Below are positions 8,991 through 14,946 of a stretch of DNA of 44,717 bases, in pieces. The notes beneath the pieces were generated by a model, which worked only from the letters and a program-made list of their open reading frames with translations, made no database searches and was not told the origin of the DNA. Each line of letters begins with the position of its first letter. Position 1 is the first letter of the stretch. The position numbers were made by a program, and so were the translations under genes. The DNA lies in IMG/VR virus record IMGVR_UViG_3300037423_001098, positions 1 through 44,717 of that record. One strand, 5' to 3'. This DNA comes from a virus (lineage: Duplodnaviria; Caudoviricetes).

Positions 8991-9269
8991 ATGCCCGATA
9001 ACAGGGAAAGGCTGGTGGAGTTGGCGGAGCGGCTGGAGTCTGTCGTTGCGGGCGATCTGCAGTCGGGGCGCGCGGGCGAGGGAACTGTGGCGCTACTGTC
9101 CGCCGCGAACGAACTGCGGCGCAGGACCAGGAACGCGCTAGACGGGCCAATCGCAGAGGCGGTCGCAGCGGGAATGAGCCTCCGGTCTGCTGCAGCCTCG
9201 TTCGGCGTCACACTCGGTCATGTTCGCGGCGCGGTAGCTCGTTCCCGCTCCCACGATAGCCGAGACTGA
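8991..9269 (+). CDS. hypothetical protein with possible C-terminal HTH
   Basis: GMSLRSAAASFGVTLGHVR; last gene of the + arm. Confidence 0.6.
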   Translation: MPDNRERLVELAERLESVVAGDLQSGRAGEGTVALLSAANELRRRTRNALDGPIAEAVAAGMSLRSAAASFGVTLGHVRGAVARSRSHDSRD

Positions 9270-9288
9270 CCGAACCCGCTAAGCGGCC

Positions 9289-9462
9289 CTAGCCCTTCTT
9301 CGCCTTCTTCGCCGCCAGTATAAGCAGCGCGGCAATCTCCAGCGCATCGTTGGGCGTAATTTCCGTCCCGAGGCATCCGCGATTGGCCCACAAGCTCATG
9401 CGGATTGTTCCGAGGTCTGCGCTGACGACAACCTGACGACCGCCGGAGAGGTCAACGGTCAT
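9289..9462 (-). CDS. 57-aa hypothetical protein
   Basis: MTVDLSGGRQVVV...ITPNDALEIAALLILAAKKAKKG; ATG immediately follows element copy C. Confidence 0.5.
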   Translation of the reverse strand: MTVDLSGGRQVVVSADLGTIRMSLWANRGCLGTEITPNDALEIAALLILAAKKAKKG

Positions 9463-9549
9463 GGGCGCATCCCTTCGGGACCGGGCTTGGCAGTCCTGAG
9501 GGACCGGAGCATTCGCGTCTCCGCGCTTCGCGTGCCATCCGTTGCGCGG
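9463..9549 (-). repeat. dispersed structured element, copy C
   Basis: Minus strand GCGCAACGGATGGCACGCGAAGCGCGGAGAC..CTCC..TGCCAAGCCCGGTCCCGAAGGGATGCGC. Confidence 0.85.
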
Positions 9550-9577
9550 CGCTGCGAATTGTGATAGTTCAGCGCCG

Positions 9578-9730
9578 ATGTCTGAGTGGGCACAAATGAC
9601 CTCCGCTGAGAAGCGCGATCACTGGAACACCGCCAAGATGAAGGACGGTGAGTGCTGGGGTTGCGTGTCGGTGTCCGTTTGCCCGCGCCGGTCGTCGTGC
9701 CACCATTGGACGCTCCTGAGCAAACGCTGA
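9578..9730 (+). CDS. 50-aa Cys/His-rich hypothetical protein
   Basis: MSEWAQMTSAEKRDHWN..CWGC..C..CHH; just upstream of the tRNA. Confidence 0.4.
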   Translation: MSEWAQMTSAEKRDHWNTAKMKDGECWGCVSVSVCPRRSSCHHWTLLSKR

Positions 9731-9740
9731 CCCTTGGTTG

Positions 9741-9816
9741 GGGTCGGTAGCTCAATAGGTAGAGCGGTGGCCTTTTAAGCCGAGGGTTGCGAGTTCGAAT
9801 CTCGCCCGACCCACCA
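9741..9816 (+). tRNA. tRNA-Lys (anticodon UUU)
   Basis: GGGTCGG/CCGACCC acceptor, TAGCTCAATAGGTAGAGC D arm, loop CTTTTAA, GCGAG-TTCGAAT-CTCGC T arm, encoded CCA. Confidence 0.92.
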
Positions 9817-9820
9817 GCCG

Positions 9821-10546
9821 TCATGCCTTCACCCGCTTGCCCGACTGCCACGATCCACACCGCTGGCACTGAAGCCGCTGAATGAAACTCGCCTTGGTCC
9901 GCCGCACTCCCCGCGATTGCACCTGGTTCGACCCGCAGGAGCCGCAGGCGAGCGCTGGCGTCATTCCCATGTGCGGGTGATCGAACACATAGGCCCTCAC
10001 CCGCTCATAGACTTGCTCGGTCAGGTCCACGTCGCCGGCACAGTATCGCGCCATGCGCTTCTGCGCCTTCGCGTCACCGTCCATGACGGCCAGCCACATC
10101 TCCAGTCCGTCGTGCTTCACCTTGGACCCAAGACCGAGCAGCGGGGCAACATAGTCGAGCTTGTTGCAGATGAAGCCGAGCTTGCGGACGGCCTTGTAGA
10201 TGTCGAGTTGCGTGGGGGGTGGGGGCGGCGGCATATCGGCGATCAGGAACTCGCCGAGGAGCTTGGGAATGTCGAAGCTCGCGCCGTTGTAGGTCGCCAC
10301 AGCATCCGCCTCTGACAGATGCTCGTGAACGATGCGGAGCATTTCGGCGTGGCCGTGCTCCCAGTCGGAATAGACCCTGGTTCGCTTGCCTGCCCATTTG
10401 AGACCGACACAGATCACGCCGCCGTCGCGGAGAATCTGCTTGTGGCCGATGTGCTGGTCACGAATGCCGAAGCTGGCGATTATCGCGGGCTTGGTCTCGA
10501 TGTCGAGAAACAGGACGCGCGGTTCGTTTTCATTGGCAAAATCCAC
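9821..10546 (-). CDS. RNase H-like (DnaQ-fold) exonuclease with C-terminal Zn ribbon
   Basis: LFLDIET, YNGASFDIP, KLDY, YCAGDV; CGSC...CQRC. Confidence 0.85.
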   Translation of the reverse strand: MDFANENEPRVLFLDIETKPAIIASFGIRDQHIGHKQILRDGGVICVGLKWAGKRTRVYSDWEHGHAEMLRIVHEHLSEADAVATYNGASFDIPKLLGEFLIADMPPPPPPTQLDIYKAVRKLGFICNKLDYVAPLLGLGSKVKHDGLEMWLAVMDGDAKAQKRMARYCAGDVDLTEQVYERVRAYVFDHPHMGMTPALACGSCGSNQVQSRGVRRTKASFIQRLQCQRCGSWQSGKRVKA

Positions 10547-10571
10547 ATTGCGTCCCCCGCAATTGATCCGC

Positions 10572-11126
10572 TTACTTCTTCGGCCACACCTTCAGCACCT
10601 CGTCGTGCCATGTGCGCCATGCTTGGACCTCGGCTAGGAGCTGGTCGTGCTCTTCGGAGCGCTGGACGAGCCAGTTCCAGGGGACGGCGGACAGGTCTTG
10701 CCCGTCGTCTGGAGGCAGTGCAGGTCCGGCAGCATCGGGCTTGGCAGGGCGCGTTCCGTCACTGGAGGGGGCGGAAAGTCGGGGACAGACAGCCTTTCCG
10801 GGGCCTGACACGCTGAGGCCATGAGCATCAGCAGCAATGGCGCGGTTCTGTTCATCGGTCGCCTTTCTGAGTTTTTCGGACAGGGCTTCGTTGAGGTCCG
10901 TGATCTTGAGCGCGGCGGCCAACGCTGCGGCTTCGCGCTTCTGCTCTGCGACGAGCTGCTGTTGCCGGTGAGTGGCGACGGCTTTCCAGCGATTCACGCG
11001 CACCGTCTGGACGCCAGCGACGAGCAGCGCGGCGATCAGCAGCAATTGCCAGATGCTGAGCTTGCCGAGGAACGATAGCGCACTAGCGCCAATGCGCTGA
11101 ATGGCGGCCCAGATTGCGAGGGTCAT
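10572..11126 (-). CDS. Rz-like inner-membrane spanin
   Basis: N-terminal TM plus coiled coil; ATGA coupling at 11126; nested lipoprotein ORF. Confidence 0.7.
   Translation of the reverse strand: MTLAIWAAIQRIGASALSFLGKLSIWQLLLIAALLVAGVQTVRVNRWKAVATHRQQQLVAEQKREAAALAAALKITDLNEALSEKLRKATDEQNRAIAADAHGLSVSGPGKAVCPRLSAPSSDGTRPAKPDAAGPALPPDDGQDLSAVPWNWLVQRSEEHDQLLAEVQAWRTWHDEVLKVWPKK
10634..10855 (-). CDS. Rz1-like outer-membrane spanin lipoprotein nested in Rz
   Basis: MNRTAPLLLMLMASA-C lipobox, Pro-rich mature part, alternative frame inside Rz. Confidence 0.7.
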   Translation of the reverse strand: MNRTAPLLLMLMASACQAPERLSVPDFPPPPVTERALPSPMLPDLHCLQTTGKTCPPSPGTGSSSAPKSTTSS

Positions 11127-11275
11127 GCGCGCGACCGCATCAGGGCGGTTAGCGCGGGCCACGATAGCCCCGCGAACAGTCCGCGCCGCTTCATGTCCGC
11201 CAGCGCCTTGAGATCGTCAGCGTCGGCCAGCCCAAGGTCGGCAAATACGTTGCCGCAGCTACGCTCAACCTTCAT
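11123..11275 (-). CDS. 50-aa protein resembling the N-terminus of XRE antitoxins (xxGNVFADLG)
   Basis: MKVERSCGNVFADLGLADADDLKAL...; no HTH follows. Confidence 0.55.
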   Translation of the reverse strand: MKVERSCGNVFADLGLADADDLKALADMKRRGLFAGLSWPALTALMRSRA

Positions 11276-11308
11276 AGCGAAACCCTCTTGAATTGCAAGC
11301 GCTTTGAT

Positions 11309-11447
11309 GCTACGCAGGGTCCGGTTGCGGAGGTGAGAACACGCTCCTCACGCGCGCCCCTTAGCGGTGGGCGCACAGTAGGTCGGGACCAAAGCCGCTG
11401 TATTATCCCGACTGAAGAGATGCCGAGGTGGCGATCCGGCCCGCAGC
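11309..11447 (+). ncRNA. candidate structured RNA with kissing loops
   Basis: Closing stem, three internal hairpins, loop-loop complement TAGCGGT/GCCGCTG; family unknown. Confidence 0.45.
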
Positions 11448-11450
11448 CCA

Positions 11451-11552
11451 TCACTCAATCCCGCCGAAGTAAGCTGCAATCCAATCGGAAAGCAGGGACG
11501 CGCCCCAGATGAGCGCAACAAAGATTCCGGCGATGCACAGGGCCTCAGTCAC
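11451..11552 (-). CDS. 33-aa membrane peptide
   Basis: MTEALCIAGIFVALIWGASLLSDWIAAYFGGIE. Confidence 0.45.
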   Translation of the reverse strand: MTEALCIAGIFVALIWGASLLSDWIAAYFGGIE

Positions 11553-11760
11553 ACGACACCTTGAGGAACCTTCGAGAGTCCCATCCCGTGAACCGCGCAG
11601 AGGTCGGAGCGCCTTCGAGCTTCAGCCCGGTCTCAGCAATCCCGTCCCGAATGCAGATACCGCCGTGGATCACGCCCGTGACGAGATAGGTTGCATCCTC
11701 AATCAAGCTGTCCGTGGGGACGATGCACAAGGCACGGTCGCCCTCTTGCCAGTGGCTCAT
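11545..11760 (-). CDS. hypothetical protein (WQEGDRALCI)
   Basis: ATGA coupling at 11760. Confidence 0.6.
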   Translation of the reverse strand: MSHWQEGDRALCIVPTDSLIEDATYLVTGVIHGGICIRDGIAETGLKLEGAPTSARFTGWDSRRFLKVSCD

Positions 11761-12338
11761 GCGACAGCCCCCTTGCAGACCGGCTCCGACTTCAGCTCTT
11801 GCGACCAGCTCAAGCCGTCCTCGAAGTTCTCGGCGTTCACGACACCGACGACGCGCCCGGTTTCCGCGTCGATCACGGGACCGCCGCTCATTCCAGGGAT
11901 CACTGGCACCATGCCGACGAGCAGCGCCATTCCGTGATCGTGCTCGCCAGTCCCGACGAGATCGACCGTGGTTACGGGAGAGATGCCCCGCGCAAAGCCG
12001 ATGGCGATGTAATGCCGGTCCTTGACGAAGCCCTTGCAATCGATCGGTAGATACGGTCCCTCGTCGCCAAGCAGCTCGGAGAAGTCGCTGGTCGGAGACT
12101 TCCACGCGAGATTGATCGGCTTGCCTCCGATGAAGCATTGCTCGGGTCCGGAGGTGACGTGGTTGACCGACAGCAGGAATTGCGGGCCGACGCGGAACGC
12201 TGTCCCGGCGCTTTCGCTGTCCTTGCCGAAGCAAAGCACCTGGACGATGGAATCCGGCTGCACGACGACCAGCGGGAGGGTTTCGGTAACGCTTGCGGAC
12301 GGGATCAGCAGCGCCAGCGCGAGGAGGCTACGAAGCAT
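11757..12338 (-). CDS. secreted trypsin-like serine protease
   Basis: Signal peptide; GTAF, VNHV (His), SDFS (Asp), PGMSGGPV (Ser). Confidence 0.8.
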   Translation of the reverse strand: MLRSLLALALLIPSASVTETLPLVVVQPDSIVQVLCFGKDSESAGTAFRVGPQFLLSVNHVTSGPEQCFIGGKPINLAWKSPTSDFSELLGDEGPYLPIDCKGFVKDRHYIAIGFARGISPVTTVDLVGTGEHDHGMALLVGMVPVIPGMSGGPVIDAETGRVVGVVNAENFEDGLSWSQELKSEPVCKGAVA

Positions 12339-12507
12339 TGTTCACGCTTCCGTCTGGCGTCAGTGCGCCGATCACACCGACCACGAACGAGATGAGGTTC
12401 CACGGCCAGCCCAGCGCGGCAGCGGCGGTTACGGACGCACCGATGAGGAGCCAGGTCGAGCGCTCTTCAAGCCGCGCACGAATGTAGGAGATGACGCGGC
12501 GGATCAT
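12328..12507 (-). CDS. holin-like two-TM protein
   Basis: MIRRVISYIRARLEERSTWLLIGASVTAAAALGWPWNLISFVVGVIGALTPD; lysis region; below ORF-track cutoff. Confidence 0.6.
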   Translation of the reverse strand: MIRRVISYIRARLEERSTWLLIGASVTAAAALGWPWNLISFVVGVIGALTPDGSVNNAS

Positions 12508-12729
12508 TCACACCCTCCTGTCGAGACCGCCGCCACAAGGCTTGACGCGGCGAAGTGAGACGAGCGGCAGGATTGCGCGGCGATCCTTGGCCCAAACGAC
12601 GAGCGCATGGTCGCCATTGACGGACTCGATGAACGCGACGCCGCGATAGCCGACGACGCGAACCGCATCGCCCGCTTCAAGGTCTTTGAGCGACTGAAGG
12701 AACCAGCGGCGAAGGAAGAACCGGCCCAC
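12508..12729 (-). CDS. hypothetical protein
   Basis: Operon-oriented ORF. Confidence 0.5.
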   Translation of the reverse strand: MGRFFLRRWFLQSLKDLEAGDAVRVVGYRGVAFIESVNGDHALVVWAKDRRAILPLVSLRRVKPCGGGLDRRV

Positions 12730-12847
12730 ATCAAGCCGCCCTCGCGAGTTGCGAACAAACGGCGAATCTGCTGGGGGCGAAAGGGCGGACCGAGGTGGCG
12801 ATGCAACGCCGCCCCGGCCCTGACCAAACGAGCGATTGGAGCGCCCG

Positions 12848-13402
12848 ATGGCTGAAAACGAATATACCCACGAAGTCTGGAAGCCGATACCCTTCGCGCC
12901 CGATTATGCGGCGAGCAGTTATGGTCGCATCCGCAGGGAAACACCGGGAAGAAGCCGCCTCGCGAGTATGGCCATCCCCGGAAGGATTCTGAGACCCGGC
13001 CCACAGGGCGAGTGGAACGGGTCCCGTCGGCGATACCTTGGCGTCCAGATCGTTTTCAACGGCAAGGCGCGCAAATGCAGCGTCCACAAGGCCGTCGCAT
13101 GGGCATTCCACGGACCGCCGCCGACAGCGCGGCATGTTGTCGCTCACAACGACGGAGATGGCCACAACAACCGTCCGGAGAATCTGCGATGGGCGACGCA
13201 GGCCGAAAACTTGGCAGATCGCTCCGTGCACGGCACGCACGACAGGGGCGAACGAAATGTCCAGTCCAAACTCACGGAGGACGACGTTCGCGCGATCAGG
13301 TTGTCCGCCCTTCCTGAAAAAGTGTTGGGGCTTCGCTATGGGGTTGCCGCGACAACTGTGGGTCGGATAAGGCGCCGCGAGCGCTGGGCGTGGCTGCCGT
13401 AA
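12848..13402 (+). CDS. NUMOD4-HNH homing endonuclease
   Basis: EVWKPIP..YAASSYGRIR (NUMOD4); VHKAVAWAFHG..AHNDGDGHNNRPENLRW; antisense inside the lysis cassette. Confidence 0.9.
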   Translation: MAENEYTHEVWKPIPFAPDYAASSYGRIRRETPGRSRLASMAIPGRILRPGPQGEWNGSRRRYLGVQIVFNGKARKCSVHKAVAWAFHGPPPTARHVVAHNDGDGHNNRPENLRWATQAENLADRSVHGTHDRGERNVQSKLTEDDVRAIRLSALPEKVLGLRYGVAATTVGRIRRRERWAWLP

Positions 13403-13404
13403 CA

Positions 13405-13830
13405 TCACGCAAGGCCCTCCGATTTAAGCCACGCTCCGACATCGAAACTGGGGCAGGCTTTGTGGACGCCGGGCCAATCACGGTGGCCGAGGACCTTGAT
13501 GCCGGGATAGCGGTCCATATAGCTCTTCACCAACGCCAGCATTGCTTGGCGCTGAAGAGGCGTTCTGGTGTCTTTGGGTGCCATGTGGATATCGCATCCG
13601 CCGACAAAACAGATGCCGATATTGTGACTATTCTGGTGCGCGACGTGAGCGCCCAGAACGTCATCCTGGAGCGAGCGGTGAGTGTGACCGTCAAGCTCGA
13701 TGATCCAGTGATACGAAGGCTGGTTGAACCGCGCCACGTCCCACTGCTCGACCTGCTCGGCAGAGACGTTGCGGCCCTCCGGCGTGGCAGCACAATGTAT
13801 TGTCAGGAACCTGATGGGAAGCATACTCAT
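13405..13830 (-). CDS. endolysin, N-acetylmuramoyl-L-alanine amidase (T7 lysozyme-like)
   Basis: IHCAATPEG, YHWII, GAHV, IGICFVGG, GHRD, KACPSFDV. Confidence 0.92.
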   Translation of the reverse strand: MSMLPIRFLTIHCAATPEGRNVSAEQVEQWDVARFNQPSYHWIIELDGHTHRSLQDDVLGAHVAHQNSHNIGICFVGGCDIHMAPKDTRTPLQRQAMLALVKSYMDRYPGIKVLGHRDWPGVHKACPSFDVGAWLKSEGLA

Positions 13831-13979
13831 CGCGCGCTCCCCGTCTTGCGGTCGAGTTCGGCGACTAGCTTGAGCATGTCGTCAGGCACACGCTCATAAA
13901 CGACTGCGGCATACATCGCGCGCAGGCCGTCACCGAGCGTGCGGGCTTTCTCGTTGCGGTTGAGGGGGAAGCTAGTCAT
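13827..13979 (-). CDS. NepR-like anti-sigma factor
   Basis: LGDGLRAMYAAVVYERVPDDMLKLVAELD fits the NepR core pattern (I/L)GxxLRxxYxxVVxExVPDxxxxLLxxLD. Confidence 0.7.
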   Translation of the reverse strand: MTSFPLNRNEKARTLGDGLRAMYAAVVYERVPDDMLKLVAELDRKTGSAR

Positions 13980-14178
13980 CGGCCCGCCTCCCGAGGATCG
14001 GTCGCCCGGTGACTCCGCGCACAGTGTCACTCTCCCATATCCTTATGGCTAACCACACGATGGTCAGCAGCGCGGCGATGGACGGGAGAACCTGCGCCAG
14101 CGTGCCAATGGCGATGACAGCCGCTCCGGCGTCGGCTAGATGTTTCGTCTGGTCCGAAACATGGGCGAGCACGTTCAC
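13972..14178 (-). CDS. putative holin
   Basis: AAVIAIGTLAQVLPSIAALLTIVWLAIRIWESDTV; upstream of endolysin. Confidence 0.7.
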   Translation of the reverse strand: MNVLAHVSDQTKHLADAGAAVIAIGTLAQVLPSIAALLTIVWLAIRIWESDTVRGVTGRPILGRRADD

Positions 14179-14316
14179 GGCAGCGGTTCTCTTTTACGCA
14201 TGTTACTCCCCCGTTGGTCTGGCAATGCTTGACCGTTTCGCGCTCCGTGAAGCGCTATTCACACCGCTCGCGTAAGCCGCTATTGCACTGCGGATGCTCT
14301 GGCTTCTCCCGGCGCG

Positions 14317-14946
14317 ATGGTGGCACTGATGAGTGTCCCGACGGATTGGTATGCGAGCCATGCCGAGTATGCCCACGCGAGGTGGCGCTATCGCGCAGGT
14401 GTGGTCCGTCGCGCCCTTCGGGCAATGGGAAAGGCGGCTTTCGATCTCACCAGCCTGACGCGCCAATTCTGGTTTCGCGCCCTCTATCCGGGGTTGCGGT
14501 TCGGACGTGGTGTCCGCATCGGTTCCGGCGTCAGGATCGTTGTGCGGGACGGTGCCGCTCTTACCATCGGCGACCGCACCGACATTGAGCCGAACTGCCA
14601 CCTTCGGTCGGACGGCATTCTCGAAATCGGCTCGGACTCGTTCATCGGGCAGGGCAGCGTTGTCGTTGCGGTTAAGCGCGTTTCGATCGGTGCCGACGCC
14701 CTGATTGCGTCCGGCGCTGTAATTCGCGATCAGGATCACGGCAGGGGTTCTCCTTATCGCGCGCAACCCCTGGTGGCAGCTCCGGTGAATATCGGCAGCA
14801 ACGTGTGGATTGGAGCGAACGCGGTAGTGCTGAAAGGCGTGACCGTGGGCGACAATGCGATCATCGGTGCCGGATCGGTGGTAACGAAGAGCGTCCCCGA
14901 GGGCGGGGTTGTGGTTGGTGTTCATGCTATGCCGCCACCGCCTTGA
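14317..14946 (+). CDS. hexapeptide-repeat (LbH) O-acyltransferase
   Basis: IGDRTDI, IGSDSFI, DQDH, PVNIGSNVWIGANAVVLKGVTVGDNAIIGAGSVVTKSVP; start could be 14329. Confidence 0.88.
   Translation: MVALMSVPTDWYASHAEYAHARWRYRAGVVRRALRAMGKAAFDLTSLTRQFWFRALYPGLRFGRGVRIGSGVRIVVRDGAALTIGDRTDIEPNCHLRSDGILEIGSDSFIGQGSVVVAVKRVSIGADALIASGAVIRDQDHGRGSPYRAQPLVAAPVNIGSNVWIGANAVVLKGVTVGDNAIIGAGSVVTKSVPEGGVVVGVHAMPPPP

Noticed and set aside
11405-11440. Hammerhead ribozyme suggested by CTGAAGAG
   Set aside because: No GAAA after the putative stem II, so the catalytic core is incomplete
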